DNA from: Pelagomonas calceolata
Taxonomy: Eukaryota
Reading direction: 5' to 3'
NCBI GenBank assembly: GCA_918797485.1
Contig: CAKKNE010000002.1
Coordinates: 186,001-250,000, forward strand
DNA: 64,000 nt
The position numbers were made by a program, and so were the translations under genes. Within the stretch, counting starts at the first letter, position 1; each line of letters begins with the position of its first letter. Below the pieces are notes generated by a model, which saw nothing but the letters and a program-made list of their open reading frames with translations, had not been told where the DNA came from and searched no databases. Below are positions 1 through 12,149 of the stretch, piece after piece.

Positions 1-231
1 GGATATGTATCTAGGGTATATACCGTGACTTGGCCCCTCAGTATCTGAGCGGAAGCCATATGAAAACCGGTATGCTTACTGGCGTACGAGATGGCCTAAG
101 GAAGAAAAGCCATCGGTTGGTGGTTGGATGAAAAACATGGCCATCCTCAAGGCAATGGCAGATTCTAGTGTGATCATGATTTCTCATCACGCTCTTCGTG
201 GGGGCTTTGGGAGTATTTTTCGTGGCGTTGA

Positions 232-359
232 TGGGGTTGGCGCCCGTTGTGGCAACGGCCTCTTTTCCACTTATAAATCTCCCAAAATTTTATCTTAGCT
301 TCACTATCCTAGTCTCACTTATCTTGGTTAAATACCCGGATAGAGTAGGCCTAGTGAAT
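232..359 (+). repeat. 128-bp direct repeat of 803-930 (partial copy of the 300-bp repeat)
   Basis: TGGGGTTGGCGCCCG...GGCCTAGTGAAT identical by eye at 232-359 and 803-930. Confidence 0.9.
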
Positions 360-633
360 GCTATGATATGGCCACGTATCCTTGTATTTACGTCTATGAT
401 GCTCCGGGTATTAACCCAGCAGCCTTTGGCAGTTATGGAGCTGGAATTTATATTCCTAAGTTGGGATTGGTTCCCAAGCATGTACGTCCTGTTCGACCTG
501 TCGCAAATCTGTATGATTTGTTGGCGAGCTAAATTGTCTTACCAATTTAGCTCAGGCACTGCCAAAGGGGCTTATGGTAATTCCCCTAAAGGTGGGGTTT
601 TCCCCGAGGTCTGTCAGCTATGTTTTGGTATCT

Positions 634-934
634 TGGCAGCAATATCGTCACATCTAGTGGCTCGCTGCAAGATACTTTCTTATACTTGCTCGTGTCCAAC
701 AGCGCTCCGATTGTGAGAGCGCAGGACAAAGGAGCAAGAATTTTTTGGCCCTCCCACCCTCCCTTGGTTGTTTTGGCGCGGGGGCGCGTGGTCCGGGGTC
801 CCTGGGGTTGGCGCCCGTTGTGGCAACGGCCTCTTTTCCACTTATAAATCTCCCAAAATTTTATCTTAGCTTCACTATCCTAGTCTCACTTATCTTGGTT
901 AAATACCCGGATAGAGTAGGCCTAGTGAATACGG
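634..934 (+). repeat. ~300-bp dispersed repeat, probable DNA-transposon end
   Basis: Close reverse-complement match to 4629-4927; ends ...CTAGTGAATACGG followed by TA. Confidence 0.8.
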
Positions 935-1235
935 TATCATAGCAGGTACGAACTCTAAAACTCCGGCTCAACTGGCTTCGACGACATACCCTTGCTAAAG
1001 CGTCGAACTTTGGAGATCAGAGGAGGGCTAGCGAGGACTTCGCGCGCTGCTGCGGCGTGGGAATGGCCGAGGAGGACAGCTGCAGCCCGCAAAAAAGCCA
1101 CAAGACGACAGATTGATTGGCCGACAGACGACAGACATGAACAGTGTCCACGGGCCTGGGCCAACGCCGCCAGCACATAGCTCGCACGGGGCTCCGGAGG
1201 ACGCAGACGACGCCAGAGAGTAAAAAAAGGCGGCA

Positions 1236-3057
1236 TTGAAGGCGCGGCGCCGCGCTAGCAAGGCGGCTCGACGCGCGGCAGCGGGCCTGTCGGCGCGCGC
1301 GCCCCGCTTCGGCGCGCGCAACGAGAACCGCGCGGCTGTATTCGTCAAGTTCCTCGTCGAGACGTTCGGCGTCGAGCGGCTGCGACGCGAGGGCGTCTGC
1401 GACGTCGCCGGCGGCCGCGGAGAAATCACGTGTCGGCTGGCGCACTGCCACGAGGTGCGGTGCGTGTTAGTCGAGCCGCGCGAGGCCGTCGACCTCCAGG
1501 CGACGGTCCTCAAGCGCGTCGCGCCGCGGCTGCCCGCGCGCTACCGGCGGCACCTGGAGGAGGCGGGCCGAAGCGAGCGCATCGAGCGCCTCGCGACGGT
1601 CGTCGAGTCGCCGTTCCCGCCGCGCGACGCGGCGCTCGCAGCGCTCGTCGCCGGCTGCGGCATCTGGGTCGGGCTGCACGCTGACGGCGCGACCGAGGCG
1701 ATCGTCGAGGAAGCGCTGCGCGCGCGCAAGGCGTTCGCGGTCGTTCCTTGCTGCGTCTTTCCTAGGTTCTTCGCTACGCGCGCGACGGAAGACGGCCGGC
1801 CCGTGCGTACGACGGCGGACCTCGTATCATACCTCGTGGCCAAAGACGCCCGGACCTGTACCACGACCCTGGCCTTTGAAGGCAAGAACCGTGTGGTATC
1901 GTGCGACGCGTCGGCCGTTCGCGTCGCCGCAGGCCCGGCCGACGTCTCTTCCGCCGTCCTCGCCAACGAGCCCATCTTGATTGAGGATTCCGCCGCAACG
2001 TGGCGTGCGACGCGGAGCTGGACCGCCGACGGAAAGCTAGTTGTTCAGAATGTCCAGCGTGATTTGGGGGACTGCGTGGCGCCAGTGGTCGCGGGCGATG
2101 GCGCGCGCACCACCATGCGGATCCGAGAGTTTCTGACGACCCTGCACGACGAGGGCACAGGCTACCTCAAGGACTTCCACCTGCACCGCGCCTCGCCCGG
2201 ATGGTACGCGCCGCCCCCAGGCCTCAATGATGATTGGCTTAACAGGTTTTGCGACCGGGAGGGACGAGACGACTTCCGTTTCTTGTATCTCGGCGGCGAC
2301 GGGAGCAGAACTCCATTGCACGCGGACGTGCTCTCGAGCCACAGCTGGTCTGCAAATATCTGCGGGGCAAAAAGAATGGTGGCTGTTCCCGCCATCGGAG
2401 ACGAGCAAGCTCCAGGACGCGGCCGGAGTTTATGTCGACGACGTGCGGCTGGGATTTTACGACGCTGAGCGCTTTCCACGCGTCGCTGACGCCGCGTGTC
2501 TCAGGGTAACGCAACCGCCACGGTCCACACTCTTCGTGCCGTCGGATTGGAGACATATGGTCGTCAACGTCGGTGCGACGCTTTCGATCAACCACAACTG
2601 GTTTGAGGCCGGCGCTATCCCGAATGTCTGGCGCTACCTCGATACTGAGGCACGCGCCACCGCGGCCGAGCTCGAGGCCTGCCGTGCCGACGTCGAAGGA
2701 AGAGGCGGCGAGTTGTCAGAGTTTTTGTGGCTTCGCGAGCGCGTGCTCCGTGCGTCTGCGAGACTCAATGTCTCTGACTTCGTCGCCATGTGCCGCAGCG
2801 AAGTCTGCGCGCGCGATACGCTCGCGCCGGCCGGCAGCGCGCCCGAAGACGAGAGGCGCGTCCGCGACGGCGTCAGTCTCGCGCTCCGAGCCGTCGCCGC
2901 CGACCATGCGGGCAGTCTCTTCCTCGACGAGTCGGGCACCTGGCCCCGCGACGAAGACGCCGCGTCCTGGTCAAGATCGGCTAGAGACCGGGGCACCGCC
3001 GCGCTCGCTGAGGCGCTGGCGGCGCTGGAGCCGGAGGACGTTCCGGTTCGCAGTTAG
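1236..3057 (+). CDS. Methyltransferase-like domain fused to a JMJD4-like JmjC hydroxylase; one frameshift near 2365-2375; 5' end uncertain
   Basis: DVAGGRGE, GLHADGATEAIV, AFAVVPCCVFP; then YLKDFH, FLYLGGDGSRTPLHADVLSSHSWSANICG; continues in another frame as KEWWLFPP...FVPSDWRHMVVN...SINHNWF. Confidence 0.7.
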
Positions 3058-3176
3058 TAACTAGTTCGTGTAGTGTGACCTTCGCGAACACCGTATCTCC
3101 TCCCGGAGTCCGAGTCCGTCCTCGATTTCTAGTCTGTTTGTTTATAACAAATTACGCCGTCTCCGTTTGACGTACC

Positions 3177-4499
3177 TTAGTGGAGGAAGTTAGCCTGGGA
3201 TGTCGTGTTCGGCGATGGAGTGTAGTAGTTGGCGTACTGCACGAGCGGGTGCTCTGACGTGGTCCTATTCATCTTCAGGCACTTCCAATGTCCAGAAGTC
3301 TTTGAGTAATCTCTCTTGGCAATGTCGACGGGGGGGGCGCGCTGGGACCTGGAGTACTTGAAGTAGTAGCTTCCAAGGGCCGCGTACTGCGCAAGGTGGC
3401 CGCGCGCGTTCAACTTCTTCTCGATGTCCCTCCCGAAGGCATATAGCTCGCTGTCGACCTGGTTAAGCTCCAGGACACGCGTGCGGAAGGAGTCATTGAG
3501 CGGTTTGGGATTTATGTGATGCTCGCTACGAGAATTCGAGTGGGGCGCGTGTGATCCAAGCTGCTTCATGTAACTTTGGTCTATGGTCTCAAGCGAAATG
3601 ACAAAATCGAAGAGCTCGAGCCGTGCCTTTGCCCGCGAGAGCCACTCGTGCGCCTCGGAAGACTCCATGTTCAGATCCACGGAGTAGTCGTACCCCAACC
3701 CACCCTTGAAATTTGAAAGCTCTACGGTCTGGCCCAGGTGCCGCGTCTGAGGGTTCCGGCCCGCGTGCCAGTCGCGCGGGTTCTCGAGCAGCATGTCGAC
3801 CACGCGGTCCCAATCTGCGGGATTCTTCGCAGCCTCATATGCGCGGTCCACCGGCGAGTCTTTTACGCACGCGATGAAGCCGCAGCCTATCTTATAGTGC
3901 CTAGGACAGTGATGGCCAACGCACCAGGCAAACTGGGACCAGAAGAGCGACACAGGGTCCCGGAGCGTTATGCCCATGATGCAAGCCGGCTTGAGCATCT
4001 GCTGCTCGATAAAGAACGAGACTGGGTGGTGGAAAGTCACCACATCGACGCCATTTGACGCCGCAGGTCCCCCCGGCGGCCGCTTCGCCGGCATTCGAAT
4101 CCAGGTATCAAAGGAAGATCCGCCTGCCTTGCCCACGTGCACATAGCGAACGCAGCACCATGGATATCCCGTCTGATTCTCGCTGCGCGTCGCGTCCTCG
4201 CCGGCGAAGTGCGCTTCCGCGATCGCGGGTGGCAGCGGTGCGCCAGAGCACGCATCCTTGATTCGCACACAGAGATTATCGACGCCGTAGTCCGCTTCCG
4301 TCGCATTGCTACGCTGCGCGCAGAGCCGGGCAGCCTCGGCGCAACTCTTGGCTGCATGAACGGCCCTGGATAGGTGCTGGGCATCCGGCCGCTTCTTCCC
4401 CGGCGGTTGCACCCGCGCCAGTGGCTTCAGCTGGCGCCTTTTCGGAGCAGTTGCGGTCGTGAATGCTAGCAGCGCTGCGACATGCCGGCCCAACGTCAT
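3177..4499 (-). CDS. Sulfotransferase-like protein with signal peptide
   Basis: YVHVGKAGGSS (5'-PSB-like), ITLRDPVSLFWS (3'-PB-like), N..D.ELY C-terminal motif. Confidence 0.75.
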   Translation of the reverse strand: MTLGRHVAALLAFTTATAPKRRQLKPLARVQPPGKKRPDAQHLSRAVHAAKSCAEAARLCAQRSNATEADYGVDNLCVRIKDACSGAPLPPAIAEAHFAGEDATRSENQTGYPWCCVRYVHVGKAGGSSFDTWIRMPAKRPPGGPAASNGVDVVTFHHPVSFFIEQQMLKPACIMGITLRDPVSLFWSQFAWCVGHHCPRHYKIGCGFIACVKDSPVDRAYEAAKNPADWDRVVDMLLENPRDWHAGRNPQTRHLGQTVELSNFKGGLGYDYSVDLNMESSEAHEWLSRAKARLELFDFVISLETIDQSYMKQLGSHAPHSNSRSEHHINPKPLNDSFRTRVLELNQVDSELYAFGRDIEKKLNARGHLAQYAALGSYYFKYSRSQRAPPVDIAKRDYSKTSGHWKCLKMNRTTSEHPLVQYANYYTPSPNTTSQANFLH

Positions 4500-4628
4500 C
4501 CGCTATTAATCAATGCTTGAATGTGGTGTCCTGAGACGCCGCCGCTGACTCACGTGCCTGAACCACGTACAAGCTCGTATGCGGTATGAGCAAGAGAAAA
4601 TCCTCCTCTTTTTCTCTATCAGCGGATA

Positions 4629-4927
4629 CCGTATTCACTAGGCCTATTCTATCCGGGTATCTAACTAAGATAAATGAGACTAGGATAGTGAAGCTAAGAT
4701 AAAATTTGGGAGATTTATAAGTGGAAAAAGGGGCCGTTGCCACAACGGGCGCCAACCCCAGGGACCCCGGACCACGCGCCCCCGCGCCAAAACAACCAAG
4801 GGAGGGTGGGCGGGCCAAAATTCTTGCTCCTTTGTCCTGCGCTCTCACAATCGGAGCGCTATGGGACACGAGCAAGTATAGGAAAGTATCTCGCAGCGAG
4901 CCACTAGGTGTGACGATATTGCTGCCA
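4629..4927 (-). repeat. Inverted copy of the 634-934 repeat
   Basis: TA|CCGTATTCACTAGGCC...GATATTGCTGCCA, reverse complement of 634-934 with scattered substitutions. Confidence 0.8.
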
Positions 4928-5380
4928 GGCGGGGTCGGGGCACGCGGCGAGGAGGCGGCCCACGTAACTCCGGTTCAGCGCGAGCTGAAACGAGCACGTT
5001 TCTTCCTCGAGCGTGTACCAGCCGCCTGAACGTCGCGCGCCGCCGGGAAAGACGGGGACCGCCTCGCCCGCAAAGTATAGCTTGTCGGCCGGGTTCTTCG
5101 TCCGGAACAGTGTCGTGCCTGTCCTGTGGACGGGGACGTATTGAATTCTGAGCGCGTCGGGAATTAATCGCCGGCGTCGCAGCAGCCCGACCCATTCGCG
5201 CCAGAGCCGCGTGTCGTGCACGAGGAGCGTCGTACGATTCGCCGGGACGTTTCGCGCCACCCGTAGCAATCGCGGGAACTGGTTGATGCTATGCGCGACC
5301 TCCCGCGGATATACACCGAAGGCGTGGGCCACGTGACCGTCGATGATAGTGGACGCACTGCCGTGCTTTACGCGGGGCAC
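4928..5380 (-). pseudogene. Gene fragment lacking a clear start, truncated at its 3' side by the repeat
   Basis: Coding-like stretch HVAHAFGVYPREVAHSINQFPRLL...LLAACPDP runs into the repeat at 4927. Confidence 0.45.
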
Positions 5381-6114
5381 GCGCTCTCATTTCGCTATGA
5401 TGTCATCATCATCATGATAATAAAGTAAAGTACTGCGCTATAGAGAACCCTCTAGTAGTATATCTCCCCACTCTCCCTAGACACTCTCCCCTAATATTTA
5501 GACTAATATTGAGTCAGTCTACTTGCTGTTTGACATTCTATTGGCATTGTCCTTTAGTATAACTTTCATCCCAACACTAACGTCGCGACCGTCGAGTACC
5601 GTGAAAAACCGTGACTCGGACGGGGCAGTCTGAGTCTCTTTCGAGGTTGCTAGGGGTACCGTGACCGCGGCAGATACCGCGACAGCGTCACGATACCTAC
5701 GGTGCGTGCCACTCGCACCTTCAGAAATGATATATAAGGTGGGGAACCCCGTTTTTCTCTTGAAAACCCTTGGCTCAAGACGGCGCGCGAGTACGCCCGG
5801 ATCAAGATCGACGGCCTCCGGCTCGTCGGCGGCAACCCGGACTTCACCAACGCGCCCGGGCACGGCGACGACGACGCACGCTTCTACGACCGGCAGCAAG
5901 CATACGTACACGCTCGCGGGGGATAGCTATCTGGGAAAGCTCCGACCCGAAAACCCGATTTGACTATAGCTATACAGCTAAAACTAGAGCTAGGGTATAT
6001 ATTGGCTTGGGCTCTCAGCGTGTGGCTCTCCTCACTAGGCCGCGATTCCTCGATTCTGCGCGCGCGTAAGACGTATAACACCCCAGCTCAGGGCGTGAAC
6101 GCATCGTGCTTGCA

Positions 6115-7512
6115 ATGCGCCTGCTCTACGTCTCCTGGTTCGCCGCCTGGGCCGAGGCCCTGGTGAGCCTGCCAAAGCCCACCCGGCGCCTGCTACCGCT
6201 ACGACGTGCAGAAGAAGAGCAGGTAGACCCCAACGTGCGCGAGATTGTGAGCGCGGCCATGTACGGGACCCCCGCGGAGGTCGCGGCGAAGGCGATCGCG
6301 TTGTCGGAGCGCGTGGCCGCGTCCGAGGCGGCGGCGGCGGCGGCGGCCGAGGGCGTCGAGGCCGCGGCCGAGAAAGCGGTCCTTCTTGTAGAAAGAGCGG
6401 CGAGGCTCGAGCGCTCGGCGCGGGACGAGGCCGCGGCGGCCGCGGCCCGCGCCGACTCCGCCGAGGCGCGCGCGAAAGCCGCCGACGGCAAGCTCGCCGA
6501 AGCGCGCGCGGCGCTGGCCGAGCTCGAGCGCGAACGGGCGGCCTTCCTGGCGGAACGCGAGGCCGAGGTCGAGGCGATCGAGGCGGCCCAGGACGAGGCG
6601 CGGGCGGCGCGCAAGCGCGTCGCCGAGCTCGAGGCTGAACTCTCCGCGCGAGACCGAGAGCTTCGCGAGGCGGAGCGGGCCGCGGCCGACGCGGCCGCGC
6701 GCGCAGACGCGGCGGCGGCGGCGGCGGCCGAGAGCGACGAGCGCCGCGACGCGGCGCTTGCGCGCGTCGCCGCGGCGCGGCGCGACAACGCGGGGCTCCA
6801 GGAGGTCCTGCGGAAACAGGCAGACCTCGCCGAGCGCGCGCAGGAGTCCTACCAGACGAGTCTCCGCGGATTCAGGGACGCCGCCGTGGCCGCCGCAAAG
6901 GATGCCAGCAGCGTCGCCGACGTCGCCGCGCTCGTGTTCGCCGGCGGCGCCGGGAGCCTGCGCGCGGCCGCGGCCGAGACGGCGGCGGCGCGCGCGGCGG
7001 CCGACGCATGGACCTGTGTGGAAATCAAGCAGTGCGTCGGGTGCGCGACGACCCGGCCATCCTAGCTCGGTCGAGCGGTGAGGAACCGGCATTGCCACGC
7101 CATCGAGCAGGCGTCGCGTCGATGGCGGGGAGGACGACGCGACGATTCAGCACGAAAGCGCCGTAAAATTTTGATTTCCACACAGGCCGAGCGCGTCGCG
7201 AAGCGCGCCGCCGAAGCCGCGGCGGAGACGGCTCGCGAGCGCGCGGCCGCCGACGCGACGCTCGCTGCGGCGCGGCTCGCGCGCGAGGAAGCGCGCGTCG
7301 AGGCGCAGCGCGCGGCCGCCGAGGCCGCCGAGCAGCGCGGCGCCGAGCTCGAAACCGAGCTCGCGTCCGCACGTTCATTGCTGCGGCGCCTCCGGGGCGT
7401 CCTTGGGACCGCGACGCGGTCGCGCGCCGCCGCGGCCGTCGCGCGCGCGCGGGCCGTCGGCAGGGGAGCGCGGAATCGCGTCCGGCGGGCGCGGGCACGG
7501 TTGCGGGAATAA
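6115..7512 (+). CDS. Ala/Glu/Arg-rich coiled-coil protein with signal peptide (possibly plastid-targeted); exons 6115-7005 and 7186-7512
   Basis: Hydrophobic N-terminus; same frame resumes (AERVAKRAAE) after removing the introner intron 7006-7185. Confidence 0.7.
7014..7185 (+). mobile_element. Introner copy 1 (172 bp, internal deletion, TSD diverged)
   Basis: Perfect TIRs CTGTGTGGAAATCAA / TTGATTTCCACACAG; GC dinucleotide exactly 8 nt upstream of the TIR gives an in-frame 180-nt intron. Confidence 0.9.
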
Positions 7513-7708
7513 CCGGCGTGGCTCGATGTCGGATGACTTAGAGAATGACCTCACGTTGAATAGCCTAATCTTCGACCGGCCTAGCTGGAATCGCATGATT
7601 TGTTGTTGCTAGTTTTTAACTCAACCCGTCACTGGCCAGCCATCCGCCAGCAGCTGGCCTACGTGTATGCGGCACCGAATAGTGGCAACCGCGGCTCTGA
7701 TCCCGCTC

Positions 7709-9085
7709 TTAGATAGCCGCACCCGCCACCGCTGCCTTCACGCTCTCGAGCGTGTTTTTCAATCTATCCCGTTCAATCGTCAGCCGCTTGATTCTCGCCC
7801 TGGCCTCGTGGAGGTCCGCCGCGAGCGACTCGAGAGTCGCGCCGGGGGGCACGCCGACGACGTCGGACGGCGACCGCGACATGGTCGAAGCGGCCGCGAG
7901 CAGCTCGTGGGCCTTGTTTCGAAGGATGCAGTCGAAGGCCCGCGGAACGTACCGACGGGGAAAGTCCGGGTCGACCAGCGACTCGTCGGGCGTCGTGCCG
8001 AACCACATGGCGACGTAGAAAGGAAAGTGCATGGCCGCGAGCTTCCAGTCGCGGCGGAGGTCCTCGGACGAGTAGTCCTTGACGCCGTAGGTGACGAGCG
8101 CGGCGTGGTAGTGCTTCATGGCGAGAGGCTCGAGGCGTCGGCATTCTTCAATCGTGTAGCCCTCGATGAGGAAGAATAAAATATCCTGGCAGCCCTTGCC
8201 GACGGCTGTGTACTGCCAGTCGATGAACGCGGGTACCGAGTTGGGCATCATGAACATATTGGGCGGCTTCACGTCGCCGTGGTTGAAGGTGTGGGGCTTC
8301 TTGCTCAGCTCGTCCTGGATCCACGCAAAGCCGTTCATGATGGCCTCGCCCGCGACAAAAGCCTCGGGCGGAAGCTCGAGCTTGCGTCGCGCGTCCGGCT
8401 TCTCCCACTTGCGCACGAAGCGGGGCCAGTACGCGGCGATATCGTCGCCCCAGCCCGGCTGGTACCACGGCCCGTTGTGCGGCTTGACGCCGAGCGCGCC
8501 GCTCGCGAGCTCCGGCGCGTTCCAGAAGGTCGCGTGGTGCTTGGCGACGTGTTGGATCGTCAACATGACGCCGGCGTCGTCAAGCTGCGGGCAAAGGACC
8601 GCCCCGGGCACTTCGAGGTCCTCGAGTAGCACGCCCTCGGTCGTCAGCCCCGTCTCCGTGTCCTTGACGGACCCGAGATACCGAGGCACCCGGATCGTCA
8701 CGCGGTGGCTCAGCTGCTCGTAGAAGTGCCATTCGCGCTCGTAGAGCCGCAGGCGCATCGCCACGTCGTGGTCGGCCGACGCCGGCGACGCGATCTTGAG
8801 GATGGCGGTCGCCGGCCGCTCCGACACCCACCCGCGCGCGCCCTTGCCGGTGGCCTTTGGGGACATTTTTCGCACGGTGTCGTAAAAGATCTTCACGCGC
8901 ATCGTGTCGCAGATGTAGCCCCCCTTGAGCTTCGTGGGGTCCAGCAGCACGCGCGTCGCCGGGATGCCCTGTGCGCGGAGGCCCGCGAGGCAGCGGCCGG
9001 CCACGTCGTTCTTGTCCTCCTGGTCCATCGTCCACGTTTCCGGGTGCTGCAGATCGGTGCGCTCCATGGCGGACATGATGAGCAC
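7709..9085 (-). CDS. APH/choline kinase/EcKinase-like phosphotransferase
   Basis: YEREWHFY, LLEDL, HGDVKPPN, FIDWQY..VGKGCQD motifs. Confidence 0.85.
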   Translation of the reverse strand: MLIMSAMERTDLQHPETWTMDQEDKNDVAGRCLAGLRAQGIPATRVLLDPTKLKGGYICDTMRVKIFYDTVRKMSPKATGKGARGWVSERPATAILKIASPASADHDVAMRLRLYEREWHFYEQLSHRVTIRVPRYLGSVKDTETGLTTEGVLLEDLEVPGAVLCPQLDDAGVMLTIQHVAKHHATFWNAPELASGALGVKPHNGPWYQPGWGDDIAAYWPRFVRKWEKPDARRKLELPPEAFVAGEAIMNGFAWIQDELSKKPHTFNHGDVKPPNMFMMPNSVPAFIDWQYTAVGKGCQDILFFLIEGYTIEECRRLEPLAMKHYHAALVTYGVKDYSSEDLRRDWKLAAMHFPFYVAMWFGTTPDESLVDPDFPRRYVPRAFDCILRNKAHELLAAASTMSRSPSDVVGVPPGATLESLAADLHEARARIKRLTIERDRLKNTLESVKAAVAGAAI

Positions 9086-9313
9086 GCGGGCAGCCGGGAT
9101 GCTGCCAGAAATATTCGCAAAAAAACTCGACGAGGTATGATAGGACCATCATAGGTACCGTACGAGCTTGTAGAAGGATGATGCTTCCCAGGCTAACGTA
9201 GCCGTGTGAAGGCGGCGTAGAAAATCACTTCGGCAGGAAATTTTAGAAGTTTGAAACAAACCGGCCCGGGGGATTGAAGTTACTGCTACTAGTAGATGAG
9301 TACAAACCAGAGC

Positions 9314-9964
9314 TTACGGTGCTCGTCGCTCCGCGTCGGCTGTGATGCGCTGCTCGGCGACGAGCGCCTTCCCGCGCCGGAGTAGTTCCTGTTCGCGCTC
9401 GGACCGCTCCTGCTCGCGCCGGGCCTCGTCCCGCGCGGCGCGCTCCTGCTCGACGTTGATGGACGCGTAGAGGTTACCGAGGGCTGCTTCGCGGCCGACG
9501 ACGCCGTCGCGCGCAAAGCTTTTCCTGGCGTCGTCGACGGCGGCGCGCGCGGCGGCGTAGTCTTGCCGGGCCAGAGCAGAGACGGCGTCGCGCATCAGGC
9601 CGTCGCCGGCCGTGTCCGTCGTCGTCGCCGCGCGCTGCGCCGCGAGCGCGTCGCTCCGGGCTGCCCGCGTTCGCTCGAGGAGCCGCTGAACCTGGGTGTC
9701 GACGCTGCGAGCGAGGTCTTCGCGGTCTGCGCGCGTCGGGGCGTCCGCCACGCGGGCGTAGCAGTCTCGCGCGCGTTCCACCCGCTCGCTCGCGACCGCG
9801 ACGCGCAGATCCTGCAGCGCGCCCACCGCCTCGGCCAACAAGGCGTCGCCCTCATCCAGGTCGCTGCCTCGGACGACGACTAGGCGAGCATGCCTCACCG
9901 CAATGAGTGCAAAGCTATGCGCTCTCAGCAGCAGTAGACTTGGCACTAGAGCGGCGCGTAGCAT
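9314..9964 (-). CDS. Hypothetical helical protein with bipartite-like presequence
   Basis: MLRAALVPSLLLLRAHSF signal ending S-F; helical A/R/D/E-rich body. Confidence 0.6.
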   Translation of the reverse strand: MLRAALVPSLLLLRAHSFALIAVRHARLVVVRGSDLDEGDALLAEAVGALQDLRVAVASERVERARDCYARVADAPTRADREDLARSVDTQVQRLLERTRAARSDALAAQRAATTTDTAGDGLMRDAVSALARQDYAAARAAVDDARKSFARDGVVGREAALGNLYASINVEQERAARDEARREQERSEREQELLRRGKALVAEQRITADAERRAP

Positions 9965-10545
9965 CGGATGGCCCGGCGTGAATTTCAAGAATTAAATCAT
10001 GAATTCACCATCAACCTCTGAACGAGCCGATGGCCCCTCCAAGTTATCCGAATAGCCCCCCTACAAAGCACGCAGGAATCACGCGCAGGAGGTCTGGGCC
10101 CGGTAGCGCACCGGCTCTACCCGATTTTTATGAAAGCGATTGAAAGCGGCAAAAAGCGCCTCGTGTGTCGGAACTAGTGGGCCACCAGACTCACTCCTAG
10201 GAGCGGCCTAGGCCGCCTAGCCTGAGCGCGACTCTCCACATGCAATGTTAGGCCAGTACTACGGACATCTCGCCTCGTGGCTAGCTGCTGCGGCCGCCGC
10301 CCGGCCCGGGGCCGCCGCCGCCGCCGCCGCCTACAACAAGTCCTTTTAGGCGCTCAGGCGTGCGGGTCACGGATTTATTAAGAAAAGCACGCGTGATTTA
10401 CGCGCAAGCCACAGCGTAATATGTGGCGTAATTTACGCTGGACCGTTTCTCACGTAAAGAACGCCGTGAGTATTTAAACCGCGCTGCCCCACTAGGCCCC
10501 TAGTGTGCCAGTGTTTGCCAACTTTGAAAACACCACAGTTCAAAC

Positions 10546-12149
10546 TTATTTGCCTGGCGCCGCTGCGCAACTTCCGAGGTCACGCTCGTGGAGTCCAGCC
10601 GGCCAGACGACCGCGGTGGGCAGCGATAGCTCCGGCCAACCAAAAAGATGGGGAGCGTGCGCACGCTTTTGTTCGTCAAAGAGTCGTTCGTTCCCGACGC
10701 GATCCCGGCCCATGCTCACGCACGACGGGTGGTTCCAGCCATCTGGTTTGACCCTTTGACCGTACATTATAACAGCTGTGGCCCACGCGGCCGTGAAGCG
10801 TGTCGATGCCCGGGCGATGGCAGCCGCAGACGTAGCGTTGGCTGCTTCGGTCGCATCTGGGTGCACGACCGTAGCGTTCCAGGCGCGTAACACTGCCTTG
10901 AATCCTGCGCGCGCATGGTGTGACGTTCTGGTGAAAGCAAGTCATGTGTGCCTCTCGTGTTGTGATTCGGTTCAGTTTAGAAAGAATATGGAAGATTTGA
11001 CTTTTCGCGCCGCGCAAGACGTGTGGCATCAAAAGGCGGCATGGTCAAATTGAGGGGACCAGTGTGCGGCGAGGTGGCAGATGATTTGTGGTCGTGGTCT
11101 AGATGGATGGTCATGCAACGCTGGTCAAACGTAGTCTGCGGTACCCGGGCGCCCGCGAGTGCACGGCAGAGCGAAAAACCATCGAGGCCCCATGTCGACA
11201 TGGAGAACGTGGACTTGCCACCCTCGATGACACCAGCCTCGATGTAACCACCAATTTTGTGCCACGTGCGTCGTGCGGCCAGCCAAAAGTCACCGGATGC
11301 GTAAGCAAATGGTGTGACTTTCAGAACGGAAGCGTGCGTCGCCGGATTAGTCGGAATACTCTTGTCGAGGCCACCATTCGCGCAAGACCCGGAGACCTGG
11401 TGCGGCTGGCCGTCCCAAAACTTTGTCGGGAACCTCACTCCGCCGACGCAACGGTCAAGCTCGTGAAACTCGGCGTCGCGATTCGCACCAAATTTTTTCC
11501 GGGAGATCTGCTGCCATGCGCGCGTGTTGCAATTTCCACGCGCCGCGCGGTAGAAGTTGACGGCCAGGAGATTCATCTTGGCAAAAGACGCCACAAGGCT
11601 TGCGGAGAGGACGTCATCAGGGTTCGTCGTTAGCACAAATTTCCCCCTCGCTCGCCGAACACCTACATTTTTCCCGAGGTACTCGAGCACGGGCGGAAAC
11701 GTCTTCGGCGGCGTTGCTCGCCACAGCGCCCGAAGTGCGTTGTGCACAACGGGGGGGACGGTCACGACACGCACGCGCGTGACTGGTGGGTGGGGCGATT
11801 GGCGTGCGGCCGCAGCCGCGTATTCGGCAAGCAGCGCTGCCGACGACGGGCCGCTTGGCAGAGGGTTCCATTCCACGAAGATAACCTCGGCGGCGAAGCC
11901 GGAAGCGCCGCTGGCGTGTGTGTGTTTGTTCAGTAGGTGCAGGTTAATGCGCAGTGACGTCGCCAAGCGACTCTGGAAGGTCCCGCCGTAATTGTCATTC
12001 CGCCCGACCATCACCATAGACAGATACACGTCGCTGTCGCAGTCGCGCGGCGGCCGTGCCCACCAGGCGGCTTCATCGACCAACTCCTCGAGGCATGCGG
12101 CTTGATGTAGCATGTGCAACGAAAGAAGCATGACTCGGCTGGGTGCCAT
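10546..12149 (-). CDS. GT-A/GT2-like glycosyltransferase; probable intron 10905-11020
   Basis: SMVMVGRNDNYGG, IFVEWNP, KNVGVRRARGKFVLTTNPDD, ASGDFWL; a GT-AG intron joins the 10546-10893 ORF in frame (inferred). Confidence 0.65.

Noticed and set aside
198..942. Duplicated short ORFs (LAPVVATASFPLINLPK…)
   Set aside because: Translations of the non-coding repeat
4636..4640. CACTA terminus
   Set aside because: Homology between copies extends beyond CACTA to TACCGTATT, and no 3-bp TSD or matching end was found
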